A DNA stretch of 63,775 bases, the filler included. It is 5 parts of 5 records of this genome, joined end to end, with 100 filler letters (N's around TTAATTAATTAA, not from the genome) between each part and the next. Parts side by side here need not be neighbours in the genome. Positions count along the whole stretch, not along the records: positions 49,280 to 58,284 come from SRR20825006_1927; positions 58,385 to 63,775 come from SRR20825006_2033; 3 more parts are not named here. One strand, given 5' to 3'. The position numbers were made by a program, and so were the translations under genes. Under the pieces are notes generated by a model. That model did no database searches and was not told where the DNA came from. It saw nothing but the letters and a program-made list of their open reading frames with translations. Shown here piece by piece: positions 53,350-63,707 of the stretch. Position 1 is the first letter of the stretch. Each line of letters opens with the position of its first letter.

Positions 53350-54084
53350 TTACATGTTTCCCTGATAGGCGCGCTGGCGCACCCCGTCCCTGAGAAAGCG
53401 AATGAGGGTGTTGAAATCAAAGACCGGCAGGCCGGTCGCGGCCTGAATATCCGCGGCATAGGGTGGCAGGTCGGAACATTCGAGCAGGATGGCCCGAATT
53501 TCGGGATTTTCCGACTGCAACTTTACCGCTGTCTTCACCGCTTCGGTGCGGATCAGGTCGTCGTCAAGCGACCCCTTCTCTTGCAGGATGGCCGAGGAGA
53601 ATTCCGGGCAGTTTTCCATTCCGGTCACAAAGAGCGGAGTCGCCAGATCAATGCCGCAGGCGCTGAAATGTGTCGCGGTCAGCTGTTCGGAATTGGCGGT
53701 AATGATGCCCACCGGACCCCCGCAGACCGCCCTGATCAGCGGGATCTGGATCAGGCTGGACAGACCGACGGGGATGTTGACCGCTGCGGAGACCTCTTTT
53801 TGAAACAAGGCCATAAAGCCGCAAGCCCCGGCAATCGCTTTGACGCCGCGCGCTTCGAGCCGCTTTGCGGCCTGGATGAAGGGTTGGATCAGTTCGGGGT
53901 CGCGCTGGTTCAGCAACCTGTCGATTGACGCGCCTTCGATCTCCTCGTAGCGGACGGGAAACTGAAAGCTGGTGGCATTGCCGACGTTGCCCGGAACGCA
54001 GGGGTAGGCGGCGTCGAGGATCATGATCCCGATATCTTCGCCGTACCAGGATTGGCTGCGTTGGAGAACTTTGTAGTTGGTCAC
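53350..54084 (-). CDS. Asp/Glu/hydantoin racemase-superfamily protein
   Basis: PGNVGN..F.FPV, GACGFM, LECSDLPPY (two-Cys pattern); probable GTG start 54084. Confidence 0.75.
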   Translation of the reverse strand: MTNYKVLQRSQSWYGEDIGIMILDAAYPCVPGNVGNATSFQFPVRYEEIEGASIDRLLNQRDPELIQPFIQAAKRLEARGVKAIAGACGFMALFQKEVSAAVNIPVGLSSLIQIPLIRAVCGGPVGIITANSEQLTATHFSACGIDLATPLFVTGMENCPEFSSAILQEKGSLDDDLIRTEAVKTAVKLQSENPEIRAILLECSDLPPYAADIQAATGLPVFDFNTLIRFLRDGVRQRAYQGNM

Positions 54085-54149
54085 GATGGGGCGTTCCTGT
54101 TGGATGGGCCTGCCCGCGACGGTCCTGTCGCGGGCAGGCAAGCTATCAG

Positions 54150-54971
54150 TTACTCGACAAGCCGCGGTTCGCCGACGTCGGCCATCTCGGGAGAGAGCCC
54201 GTAGCTGGACAGCAGTTCGACGATCATGCCCTCCGCCTTCATGTCCTCAAGGACGACATCAAGCGCCGCCAGCAGGTTGACGGCATTCTTGCGCATCGGG
54301 AAACCGACCTGGGCCGGTTGCATCGAGGCGGCGATCCGGTCGTCCGGCGCGGCGATGGACACCTGATAGCCCTCCAGGTCTCCGCGTTCGACGGCCAGCT
54401 GTGCGGTCGCGGCACCGTCAACGGCATTCTTGATCCGACCGGACCGCAGATCTTGTTGCAGGTTCACCGATGACGAATAGAGTTGCAGGTCGTCGCCAAG
54501 CAGCTTTTCCAGATCCTGCACCCAGAGGTATCCCTGGACCGTGCCGACGGTCTGCCCGACGAGATCTTCGACCGTGTCGGTGCCGGTGGTCGAGATGATG
54601 CCCATGCTGTCGAGATATAGCGGCGTGGTGAAAGACATGACAGCCGCGCGCTCGGCGGTCCGGTACCAGTCACCGACGGTCAGGTCGGCGCGGCCGGCCA
54701 TCACCGACTGGATCGCGGCGGCGGGGGCGACGACCAGGGTTTCGACCTCAAGGCAGAGACGTTTGGCGGCGGCCTTGACGATATCGCCGTCGACCCCCGA
54801 AAGCTCGTTCTTTTCGTTCATGAAGCTGTACGGCGCAAAGGTTGTCACGGCGACTGTAAGCTGACCTTTGGAAACAGTCTCGAGGTCAGTGGGGCAGTCC
54901 TGGGCCGCGGCACCCGATGCGATGGTGAACGCGGCCAATGCGCCGAGCACATATGTTTTTCCGAGATTCAT
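54150..54971 (-). CDS. Polar amino acid ABC transporter substrate-binding protein
   Basis: Signal peptide, APYSF, GVDGDI, GRAD, ER...F..P.Y. Confidence 0.88.
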   Translation of the reverse strand: MNLGKTYVLGALAAFTIASGAAAQDCPTDLETVSKGQLTVAVTTFAPYSFMNEKNELSGVDGDIVKAAAKRLCLEVETLVVAPAAAIQSVMAGRADLTVGDWYRTAERAAVMSFTTPLYLDSMGIISTTGTDTVEDLVGQTVGTVQGYLWVQDLEKLLGDDLQLYSSSVNLQQDLRSGRIKNAVDGAATAQLAVERGDLEGYQVSIAAPDDRIAASMQPAQVGFPMRKNAVNLLAALDVVLEDMKAEGMIVELLSSYGLSPEMADVGEPRLVE

Positions 54972-54995
54972 TCTAATCTTCCCTGTTGTTAGGAT

Positions 54996-55658
54996 TTAGT
55001 GGGTGGCGTGTCGTGAAGCCCTGCGTTCCATCCAGGCCACGAAGAAGCTCGCTGGCAGGCAGATAGCAACGTAGAGACCGCCGGCAGCCACGATGGCCGG
55101 CAGATAACGGAATGTGTTGGAGCCGATGTAGTAGGCTTTGGACACCAGCTCGGGCAGTGCGATCGTGAAGCACAGGGTGGTGCCCTGGAAAATGAGGATC
55201 GCAAAGCCGAGGAGGGGCGGCAGCGCGATGCGCAGCGCCTGCGGCATGATAATGTCGCGCATTTCCTGAAACGGGCTGAGGCCAAGCGAAACGCTTGCCT
55301 CGCGCTGACCGTCCGGCACGGCCTGAATCGCCCCCCGAATGATCTCGCTGGTATAGGCGCCGGTGTTCCAAGCCAGCGCGATGACGGCGGCGGCAAAGCT
55401 TCCGAGTGCCAGGCCCGTGTTTGGAAGGCCAAAGTAGATGAACTGCAGCAGGACCAGCGCGGGGGCGCCACGGCCAATCTCGACGACCAGCAGGGCGGAC
55501 CATCGTATCCATGCGGATTTCGACATGACGCAAAGCGCCAGCATCATGCCAAGCAGGACACCAAGCGTGATGCTCAGACCCGCGACCTGAACGCTGACCT
55601 TGAGACCGTCAAGCAGCCTGGGAAGCCATTCTGAAAGTTCGGAGGACGTTGGAAACAT
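54996..55658 (-). CDS. Amino acid ABC transporter permease
   Basis: RGAPALV, AYTSEIIRG, GQREAS..LGLS; start ATG 55658 overlaps the upstream stop (TGATG). Confidence 0.88.
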   Translation of the reverse strand: MFPTSSELSEWLPRLLDGLKVSVQVAGLSITLGVLLGMMLALCVMSKSAWIRWSALLVVEIGRGAPALVLLQFIYFGLPNTGLALGSFAAAVIALAWNTGAYTSEIIRGAIQAVPDGQREASVSLGLSPFQEMRDIIMPQALRIALPPLLGFAILIFQGTTLCFTIALPELVSKAYYIGSNTFRYLPAIVAAGGLYVAICLPASFFVAWMERRASRHATH

Positions 55659-56302
55659 CAGCGGGCAACCTTTGATCTGAGTGACTTGTCCAAATTCCGG
55701 GACAGCCATGCCACGGGCAGGCTGATGCAGATGAAGACGACCGACACGACCGCAAACGCCTGTAGCCCCTGAAACGTCAGCTGGGTCACCTGGTTGCCGC
55801 GGAAGACCAGCTCGGACACGCCGATCGTGGACGCGATCGCGCTTTCTTTCAAAAGGCCGATCAAATAGGTCGTTGCAGAAGGAAGGGCGACCCGGAACAG
55901 CTGGGGCGTGAGGACCTCGAGAAGCAGGGACCATCGGGGCAAACCCAGCGCGACGGACGCCTCGAACTGCCCGGCCGAAATGGACGCGAGCGCGCCGCGA
56001 TAGATTTCCGCCAGATTGGCAGCTGCAATCAGCATGAGCCCGATGAGTGCGGCGGGGAACGGGTCGATGGGAACGATGGACGTGCCAACCCCAAAGAAGA
56101 TCAGGAAAAGCCACAGCAGTGGCGGCACGGACCGGATGAACTGAATGGCGATGGCCGCCAGCCAGCGCAGCGGAGCAAAGCGCGCCACCCGCATCATGCA
56201 CAGGGGCACAGCCAGCAGACCGCCGAGCACGAATGCGCCGAGCGTTAGTGCGATCGTGACCGGCAGTCCCTGAAGGATCAAAAGGACATCTTGCAAAGTC
56301 AT
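55658..56302 (-). CDS. Amino acid ABC transporter permease
   Basis: RSVPPLL, AEIYRG, GQFEAS.ALG. Confidence 0.88.
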   Translation of the reverse strand: MTLQDVLLILQGLPVTIALTLGAFVLGGLLAVPLCMMRVARFAPLRWLAAIAIQFIRSVPPLLWLFLIFFGVGTSIVPIDPFPAALIGLMLIAAANLAEIYRGALASISAGQFEASVALGLPRWSLLLEVLTPQLFRVALPSATTYLIGLLKESAIASTIGVSELVFRGNQVTQLTFQGLQAFAVVSVVFICISLPVAWLSRNLDKSLRSKVAR

Positions 56303-57072
56303 CTGTCCGTCACCGCTTTCAGAAACCGCTTGGTCCGTTCTTTCTGAGGATTGCGCATCACCTCGCGCGACGGGCCATATTCGAGGACATCTCCGTCGGC
56401 CATGATCATCACATTTTCGGAAACATTCTCGGCGAAACTCATTTCATGGGTCACGACAATCATGGTCATGCCGCTGCTCGCGAGCTCGCGCATTACGGCG
56501 AGAACCTCGAGACCCAGTTCAGGATCAAGAGCGGAGGTGGGTTCGTCAAAGAGCATGACCTCGGGGTCAAGAGCGAGCGCGCGGGCGATTGCGATCCGCT
56601 GCTGCTGGCCACCTGAACAGCGCGCGGGATAGCTCTCGGCTTTTTCGGCGAGGCCGACACGCTCCAGAAGTTGCATCCCGCGCTCGTGCGCATCCCGCTT
56701 GCTTCGTCCCAGCACGCGCCGCTGTGGCAGCACGATGTTGTCGATCACCGAGAGATGCGGGAAAAGGTTAAAGTTCTGGAAAACCATGCCAACCTTGGCG
56801 CGCAGTTTCGCACTCTGGCGCGGATTGACACTGCGATCGCAATCGACGCTGATCCCGGCCACGGTAACCTTGCCGGCCTCTGGAACCTCAAGCAGATTGA
56901 TACAGCGCAAAAGGGTACTTTTGCCGGACCCGCTTGGACCGATGATGGCCAGGACTTCACCCTTTTGGACAGTCAGATCGATCCCGTCGAAAACGACGTG
57001 ATTGCCGTACTGCTTCTTCAGGTTCTCAATCCTGATGTATTGGTGGTCCGGAAATTTATCTGTTTCAGTCAT
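56299..57072 (-). CDS. Amino acid ABC transporter ATP-binding protein
   Basis: GPSGSGKST, VFQNFNLFPH, SGGQQQR, FDEPTSALDPE. Confidence 0.92.
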   Translation of the reverse strand: MTETDKFPDHQYIRIENLKKQYGNHVVFDGIDLTVQKGEVLAIIGPSGSGKSTLLRCINLLEVPEAGKVTVAGISVDCDRSVNPRQSAKLRAKVGMVFQNFNLFPHLSVIDNIVLPQRRVLGRSKRDAHERGMQLLERVGLAEKAESYPARCSGGQQQRIAIARALALDPEVMLFDEPTSALDPELGLEVLAVMRELASSGMTMIVVTHEMSFAENVSENVMIMADGDVLEYGPSREVMRNPQKERTKRFLKAVTDR

Positions 57073-57165
57073 GCTTGGGTGCCGATGATTGCGTTTTGCA
57101 TGGAGTTCTCCTGTTGGCAGCGCCCACCGGCGAAGAGCGGTTTATCGGCGGGTGGGTGAGGGCGA

Positions 57166-58089
57166 TCAAACGCGCTCGGTCATTTCCGGAATGGCGTCAA
57201 AAATATCCGCAACCAGACCGAAGTCCGCGACCTGGAAGATCGGGGCGTCCGGATCGCTGTTGATGGCAACAATCGTCTTGCTGTCCTTCATCCCGGCCAA
57301 ATGCTGGATTGCCCCCGAAATGCCGCACGCGACGTAGAGGTCCGGCGCGACAATCTTGCCAGTCTGCCCAACCTGGAAATCGTTCGGGGCATATCCTGAA
57401 TCGACGGCCGCCCGAGACGCACCGACCGCCGCGCCAAGCTTGCTGGCAAGGGCGTCGATGATCTTGAAGCCTTCTTTGCTGCCGACACCGCGTCCACCGG
57501 AGACCACAAGTTTCGCCGAGGTGAGTTCGGGGCGATCGTTTTTAACGACGCTGTCCTCTACCCAAGCGGTCAGGGCCGGGTCCGTGGCGGGTGCCACGGA
57601 TGCGATTTCTGCAGTTCCGCCCAGTTCGGCCGCGTCGAAATTGGCCGTGCGGATCGTCAGGACCCGCAGCGCGTCGCTGGTCTGGACAACCTGAAACGCA
57701 TTGCCCGCATAGATCGGACGGCGGAAACTGTCGGGGGCGATGATCTCGATCACGTCGGGGATCACCATGACATCCATCAGTGCGGCAAAGCGCGGAAGCG
57801 CGCTTCGTGCCTGTGCCGTCGCGGGTGCGGCGACGGTGTCATAGCCCGAAAGGCTGACCAGCAGGCTCGCCATCGGCTCGGGCAGCTGGTGGGCATATTG
57901 TTCGTCGTCCGCCACCAGAACCTTGCGGACCCCCGAAATCGTGGCGGCCTGCTTCGAAACATCGGCAACGTCCTTACCTGCGACAAGAAGATCAACGGTG
58001 CCCTGACCCTCAAAAGCCTTGACCGTCTTGGCAGTGCTGTCGAGCGCGAAGGCACCGCCGACCACTTCGGCAACGATCAGAATGTTCAT
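57166..58089 (-). CDS. etfA: Electron transfer flavoprotein alpha subunit
   Basis: [32 protein letters not shown]. Confidence 0.95.
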   Translation of the reverse strand: MNILIVAEVVGGAFALDSTAKTVKAFEGQGTVDLLVAGKDVADVSKQAATISGVRKVLVADDEQYAHQLPEPMASLLVSLSGYDTVAAPATAQARSALPRFAALMDVMVIPDVIEIIAPDSFRRPIYAGNAFQVVQTSDALRVLTIRTANFDAAELGGTAEIASVAPATDPALTAWVEDSVVKNDRPELTSAKLVVSGGRGVGSKEGFKIIDALASKLGAAVGASRAAVDSGYAPNDFQVGQTGKIVAPDLYVACGISGAIQHLAGMKDSKTIVAINSDPDAPIFQVADFGLVADIFDAIPEMTERV

Positions 58090-58284
58090 TGCAGGACTCC
58101 ATTTTGTTTCAGGTTCTCAACAAGCTCTGCAACGTTTGCCACCTGGATGCCTGCAGCCCGGGCAACCGGTTCATCGGTGGTGATGACTTTCAGGCGCGGC
58201 GCCAAAGCCAGGCCCAGGTCCTGCAAGGTCATTTCAGCAAGCGGCTTTTTCTTTGCCTTCATGATGTTCGGCAGCGAGGCATAG
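58086..58284 (-). CDS. etfB: Electron transfer flavoprotein beta subunit, C-terminal fragment
   Basis: Own translation [15 protein letters not shown]...[19 protein letters not shown] overlap with etfA. Confidence 0.9.
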
Positions 58285-58384
58285 NNNNNNNNNNNNNNNN
58301 NNNNNNNNNNNNNNNNNNNNNNNNNNNNTTAATTAATTAANNNNNNNNNNNNNNNNNNNNNNNNNNNNNNNNNNNNNNNNNNNN
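58285..58384. other. Artificial contig spacer
   Basis: 44 N + TTAATTAATTAA + 44 N. Confidence 0.99.
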
Positions 58385-59980
58385 GGTCATGATGATGATC
58401 TTGTCATAGCGCAGATCATCTTCGGTGTAGCGGTCACGCGTGCCACAGCCCAGGGCCTGCACCAGATCGGCGATCAGCTGGTTGGCCGCCAGCTTGTCGC
58501 GGCTGGCGCCCGCCACGTTCAGGATTTTGCCGCGCAGCGGCAGCACGGCTTGCGTGGTTCGATTGCGAGCCTGCTTGGCCGAACCACCCGCCGAATCCCC
58601 TTCGACGATGAACAGCTCCGCGCCCTGCGCTGCGTTCTGCGTACAATCGGCCAACTTGCCGGGCAGGCGCAGTTTTCGCGTGGCGCTGGCCCGGTCGATT
58701 TCCTTTTCCTTGCGTCTGCGCAGCCGTTCCTCGGCACGCTCCAGCGCCCAGTCGAGCAGCTTGCCCGCTTGCTGCGGCGAGGCCGCCAGCCAATGGTCGA
58801 ACGCGTCGCGCAAAGCGTTGTCGACAATGCGCGTCGCTTCGCCCGAAGCCAGCTTGTCCTTGGTCTGGCCGACAAATTCCGGCTCGCGCACGAACACCGA
58901 CAGCATGGCCGCGCAACTGGTCAGCACATCCTCGGCCGTCAGATTGGCGGCGCCCTTGTTTTTGGTCAGCTCGGCATAGTTCTTGAGACCGCGCAGCAGC
59001 GCCATGCGTAGGCCCGCCTCATGCGTGCCGCCATCGGGGGTTGGCACGGTGTTACAATAGGATTGCACACCGCCGTCGCCAATGGTCCATGCAATAGCCC
59101 ATTCCACCGAGGCGTGGCTGCCCGGCCTGCCGCTGCGCCCGGCAAAAATATCCTCGGTGATCCGCGTCTCGCCCTCGATCCGCGCGGTCATATAGTCCTT
59201 TAGGCCATCGGGATAATGGAACACCGCCTTGGCCGGCACTTCATCACTTGCCAGCGTTTCGTCGCAACTCCAGCGCAGTTCGACCCCGCCGAACAGATAG
59301 GCCTTGGCCCGCGTCATGCGGAAAATGCGACCGGCCGAGAAATGCGCGGTGGGTCCAAAGATCTGCGGATCGGGGTGGAATCGCGTGGTCGTGCCGCGCC
59401 GGTTCTGCACCCGCCCGACATTGACCACATCCTCGACCACCAGGCCGCGCGAAAACTGGATGCGATAAAGCTGCTGGTCGCGCGCCACCTCGACCACCAT
59501 GTCGTCGGACAGCGCATTGACCACCGAAACGCCCACGCCATGCAGGCCGCCGGACGTTTCATACGCCTTGCTGTCGAACTTGCCGCCGGCATGAAGGACC
59601 GTATGGACAATTTCCAGCGTCGAGCGCGCGGGAAATTTCGGGTGCTTCTCGACCGGAATGCCGCGGCCATTATCGGTAACAGTGATGTAGCCGTCCGCGC
59701 CCAGGTGCACCTCGATCCGCGTCGCGTGGCCAGCAATGGCCTCGTCCATCGAGTTGTCGATCACCTCGGCGAAGAGATGGTGATAGGCATTGATATCGGT
59801 GCCGCCGATATACATGCCGGGGCGCCGGCGGACTGGTTCGAGACCTTCAAGGATTTCGATGTCGGAGGCGCCATATTCCGCGGGCGGCTCCGCACCGGTG
59901 CGGGCAGCCGGCTTGGCCGGCTTCGTTTCCTTTGGCGGTTCCGGATTGGGAGCGGCGCTTCCGAAGAGATCTGGCGACAT
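58385..59980 (-). CDS. parE: DNA topoisomerase IV subunit B, 3'-partial
   Basis: LEGLEPVRRRPGMYIG, EVIDNSMDEA, GGLHGVG, EGDSAGGSAKQ, PLRGKILN; alphaproteobacterial ParE-type N-terminus and GQTKDKL. Confidence 0.88.
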
Positions 59981-60254
59981 GCACTTTCCGTAAGGTTCGT
60001 GCCCGAATCGGGCAAGTCCAACCTCTAGCATATATCAAGCATTTCCGAGGGTCTGGCCGTCCGGCCAATTCCCACAGCCAAGGTGATCAGGACCCGTCAA
60101 GCGGAACGGATGTGAACGCTCCCTTGCGCGAAATAGGAACAGTTTCGTCCCAAGATAGGGCGGCAGGTTTACCCCTCGTTTCCTTCTTGAAAGCACTTTC
60201 TTAAGCGCGCGCTGATAGACCTATGGACATACGGTTTTTGTCTGGAGTTGCCGT

Positions 60255-60425
60255 ATGCGAACCGAACAACCGGGTATTGCGTATCAATCGGTCAAATTTG
60301 GTTCTGCGTCTCTCGGATATTGGCCGATCGCCGGATTAGATAGTATTGCGTACCGGCTGGCCAGTTTCCGTATTTCGCGCTTGGGCGCCCTGTTGGGCGT
60401 CAGCCTGCTTTTCTATCTGGTCTGA
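60255..60425 (+). CDS. Possible 56-aa small protein with a hydrophobic C-terminus
   Basis: GGAG RBS, ATG, MRTEQPG...LGALLGVSLLFYLV*; below the ORF track cutoff. Confidence 0.35.
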   Translation: MRTEQPGIAYQSVKFGSASLGYWPIAGLDSIAYRLASFRISRLGALLGVSLLFYLV

Positions 60426-60477
60426 CCTGACTTGCGTTGCCTCGGCAACGCGGTTAGGTGTGTCTTGTCGTTCATTC

Positions 60478-60697
60478 AAACGGGGAGGCTGCAGGTGATC
60501 TTGTTTCAGACGCATCGCACGCGTGGTCCCGTTTGTGCCCTGTGGCAGACGCTGCAGGGCTGACCAGGCTAGGTCCGGACGCTGATCCCCGTTCCCATTC
60601 CTCTGGTTTGCCCTTCTTGGCGGCCTGGCTAAGTCCAGGACGCTGATTTCAAGGCATTTGGCGCCTTTCGCTGGCGCCGCACCAGTGAGCGACTTTC
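60478..60697 (+). promoter_or_regulatory. Structured leader with a 22-codon uORF upstream of the ABC-F gene
   Basis: GGGGAGG RBS, GTG 60495 to TGA 60563; alternative pairing partners for the RBS region. Confidence 0.55.
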
Positions 60698-62209
60698 ATG
60701 GGCAATATCAATCTCCGCAATGCCGGCCATCGGGCAGGCGAAATTCTGTTTTCAAACCTGACCCTGACGATTGGTGAGCAGGACCGCGTCGGTCTGGTCG
60801 CTCCCAATGGCCGCGGCAAGACCACACTGCTGCGCGCCCTGGCGGGTCAGGCGGAACTCAGCGACGGCGAGGTGACGCGCTCACGCGGCCTCACGGTCGG
60901 TTACATGCCTCAGGAAGTGCCCGATACCGCATTGCGCCAGACGGCCACGGCATTCGTGGCATCTGCGCTCGATCCAGAGACCCTGGTCAGCGAGAGTTGG
61001 CGCATTGACGTGGTCATGGAAGAGCTCTCAATTCCCCAGGATCTGCGCGATAGGCCACTGGGCGAACTCAGTGGCGGCTGGCAGCGCATGGCACTGATCG
61101 CCAGGGCTTGGGTGACCCAGCCCGATGCCTTGCTGCTGGACGAGCCCACCAACCATCTCGATCTTGGCCGCATTCTGATGCTTGAAGACTGGCTGGCCTA
61201 TGCGGCCCGGAACATTCCTCTCATTATTGCCAGCCATGACCGCGCCTTTCTCGACAAGGCCACCAATCGCACCTTGTTTCTCAGGCCCACCGAGCAGGTT
61301 TATCTGCCTTTGAGCTATTCCGCGGCGCGCGCCGAACTCGACCAGATCGATGCCGCCACCGCCGCCCAGCGTGAACGCGACCTCAAGCAGGCCGCACAAT
61401 TGCGCAAGCAGGCGGCAAAGCTCACCAATATCGGCATAAATTCCGGTAGCGACCTGCTTACGGTCAAATCCAAACAATTGCGGGATCGCGCCGAAAAGAT
61501 CGAGACGCAGGTGCAAGAGGCGCACAAGGATCGCACGGGGCTCGTCAAGCTGGGCAATTCCGGCGCCGAGGCGCGCGTAATGATGGCGTTCGAAAACGTC
61601 GCCATCGCCACGCCCGATGGTCAGCCACTGTTCGCCATCGAAAAGCTCCACATCTTCCAGGGCGATCGCATTGTCCTGCTCGGGCGCAATGGCACGGGAA
61701 AGTCCCAGTTCATGCGGGTTGTCACCGAGGCCCTTTCAGGACAGGTGCCGCAGGGGTTACGGATCAGCCCGCAATTGATGCCGGGCTATATGGATCAGGC
61801 GATGGCCTGGCTGCCGCTCGACCCGTCACCGCTCGATTACCTCTTGCATCGCTCCGATGAAGGGGACCGGCGGATCATCGCCTTGCTGGCCGGCGCAGGG
61901 TTCCCGCCCGATCGGCAATCCAAGCCGATCCGCACCATGTCGCTGGGCCAGCGGGCGCGGCTTGCGCTCCTCGCCCTGCGCCTGGAGCGCCCCAATTTCT
62001 ACCTGCTCGATGAGCCGACCAACCATCTCGACATTCCGGGGCAGGAGCAACTCGAGGCCGACATAAGAGAGCAGGGGGCCACCACAATCCTGGTGACCCA
62101 CGACCGCGCCTTTCTCAAGGCCATCGGCACGCGCTTCCTGCAGATCGAGCGCAGGAAACTGGTCGAAGTCGACGGCCCCGAGGCGTTCTTCGCCGAAATG
62201 GCGCGGTAG
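60698..62209 (+). CDS. ABC-F family ATPase (two ABC domains, no TM segments)
   Basis: APNGRGKTT, LSGGW, LDEPTNHLD twice, SHDR/THDR, helical linker. Confidence 0.92.
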   Translation: MGNINLRNAGHRAGEILFSNLTLTIGEQDRVGLVAPNGRGKTTLLRALAGQAELSDGEVTRSRGLTVGYMPQEVPDTALRQTATAFVASALDPETLVSESWRIDVVMEELSIPQDLRDRPLGELSGGWQRMALIARAWVTQPDALLLDEPTNHLDLGRILMLEDWLAYAARNIPLIIASHDRAFLDKATNRTLFLRPTEQVYLPLSYSAARAELDQIDAATAAQRERDLKQAAQLRKQAAKLTNIGINSGSDLLTVKSKQLRDRAEKIETQVQEAHKDRTGLVKLGNSGAEARVMMAFENVAIATPDGQPLFAIEKLHIFQGDRIVLLGRNGTGKSQFMRVVTEALSGQVPQGLRISPQLMPGYMDQAMAWLPLDPSPLDYLLHRSDEGDRRIIALLAGAGFPPDRQSKPIRTMSLGQRARLALLALRLERPNFYLLDEPTNHLDIPGQEQLEADIREQGATTILVTHDRAFLKAIGTRFLQIERRKLVEVDGPEAFFAEMAR

Positions 62210-62233
62210 CAAGACCAGCTACTCGCAAATGCA

Positions 62234-62261
62234 GAAAAGGCCGCCCGGAGGCGGCCTTTTC
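62234..62261. terminator. Bidirectional intrinsic terminator between the ABC-F gene and tig
   Basis: GAAAAGGCCGCC-CGGA-GGCGGCCTTTTC. Confidence 0.88.
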
Positions 62262-62281
62262 AAGTCTTGGATGGCGGCACC

Positions 62282-63661
62282 TTAGTGGTGGTGCTCTTCC
62301 GGAACCTCGTCCTCGTCAGCCTGGATCAGCTTGGCGAGTTCGTCGCGGGTCATCGTCTTGTCGGTGACTTCGCCCAACGAGATGATGTGGTCGACGACCT
62401 TGTTCTCGAAGATCGGGGCGCGCAGGCTGGCGAGGGCCTGCGGGTTCTTGCGGTAGTAATCGTAAACCTGCTGTTCCTGGCCCGGGAAGCGACGCACTTC
62501 GGTGATCAGTGCCTGCTGGTGCTCCTCGTCGGTCACCTGAACCTCATTGGTGTTGCCGATTTCGGCAACGACCAGGCCCAGGCGCACGCGACGCTCGGCA
62601 ATCCGGCGATACTGTTCCTTGGCGGCTTCTTCGGTTGTGCCTTCGTCTTCGAAGGACCGGCCGTGATGCTCGATCTCGTGCACGACGCGCTGCCAGATGG
62701 TGTTGAACTCGGCCTCGACAAGCTGGGCCGGAACCTCGAACTTGTGACCGTCGTCCAGCGCATCCAGCACCTGGCGCTTCATGTGCTGGCGGCCCATCGA
62801 CTCCAGCGCGTTTTCCATCTGGTCGCGGACGGCCTTGCGCAGCGCGGCCACATCTTCCAGACCCAGGCGCTTGGCGAACTCGTCATCCAGATCGCCCTCA
62901 TTGGGGCCATCGACATGCAGGATGGTGACTTTGAATGTCGCCTTCTTACCGGCCAGCTCTTCGTTCTGGTAATCCTTGGGGAAGGTCACCTTCACTTCGC
63001 CGGTCTGGCCCTTCTTCATGCCCACAAGCTGCTCTTCGAAGCCGGGGATGAACTCCCCCGAACCAACGGTCAGGTGTGCATGGTCGGACGAACCGCCCTC
63101 GAATTCCTTGCCGCCGATCTTGCCCACAAAGCTCAGGCCCAGACGGTCGCCATCGGCAACAACGGCGTCTTCGCCCTTGTCGGTATAGCCACGGTTCTGC
63201 GCGAAGACGCGCTTCACTTCGGCGTCGACTTCCTCTTCGGAAACCTCGACCACCGGCTTGTTGAGCTTGACGCCCTTGATGTCCATCAGCGTGACGGGCG
63301 GCAGCACTTCATATTCGACTTCGAATGCGAGGTCCGCCTTGCCGTCGAGCACGTCATTGATAACGCTCTGATCGTCGGGCAGGTCGACCTTGGGCTGCGC
63401 GGCGGCGCGCTCTTCGCGCTTGTCCAGCGTATCCGAGACGGTCGCATTGATCGCGTCTGTCATCACTTCCGACATCGCGGAGCGGCCATACACCTTCTTC
63501 AAGTGCGCGGTCGGCACCTTGCCGGGACGGAAGCCCTTGATATTGGCCTGGCCCTTGAGCTCTTCGAGCTTGACGTCCAGGCGCGAATTGAGGTCCGCGG
63601 CCGGGATTGTGACGCTCAGCTTGCGCTTCAGGCCTTCGTTGAGGGTTTCTGTTACCTGCAT
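62282..63661 (-). CDS. tig: Trigger factor
   Basis: MQVTET..EGLKR, GFRPGKVP, FIPGFEEQL, AERRVRLGL. Confidence 0.96.
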   Translation of the reverse strand: MQVTETLNEGLKRKLSVTIPAADLNSRLDVKLEELKGQANIKGFRPGKVPTAHLKKVYGRSAMSEVMTDAINATVSDTLDKREERAAAQPKVDLPDDQSVINDVLDGKADLAFEVEYEVLPPVTLMDIKGVKLNKPVVEVSEEEVDAEVKRVFAQNRGYTDKGEDAVVADGDRLGLSFVGKIGGKEFEGGSSDHAHLTVGSGEFIPGFEEQLVGMKKGQTGEVKVTFPKDYQNEELAGKKATFKVTILHVDGPNEGDLDDEFAKRLGLEDVAALRKAVRDQMENALESMGRQHMKRQVLDALDDGHKFEVPAQLVEAEFNTIWQRVVHEIEHHGRSFEDEGTTEEAAKEQYRRIAERRVRLGLVVAEIGNTNEVQVTDEEHQQALITEVRRFPGQEQQVYDYYRKNPQALASLRAPIFENKVVDHIISLGEVTDKTMTRDELAKLIQADEDEVPEEHHH

Positions 63662-63707
63662 TGGGGTCTGATCCCGTATTGATTAATAGTGTTGGCCGAA
63701 GGCCATA

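Noticed and set aside
55659-56201. N-terminal 181 aa of the 401-aa ORF 54996-56201
   Set aside because: Overlaps the upstream permease in another frame; the real start is ATG 55658.
58385-59980. gyrB as an alternative call
   Set aside because: The EPVRRRPG, NSMDEA and GQTKDKL variants and the extended N-terminus fit alphaproteobacterial ParE better.
62267-63682. 471-aa plus-strand ORF
   Set aside because: Antisense to trigger factor.
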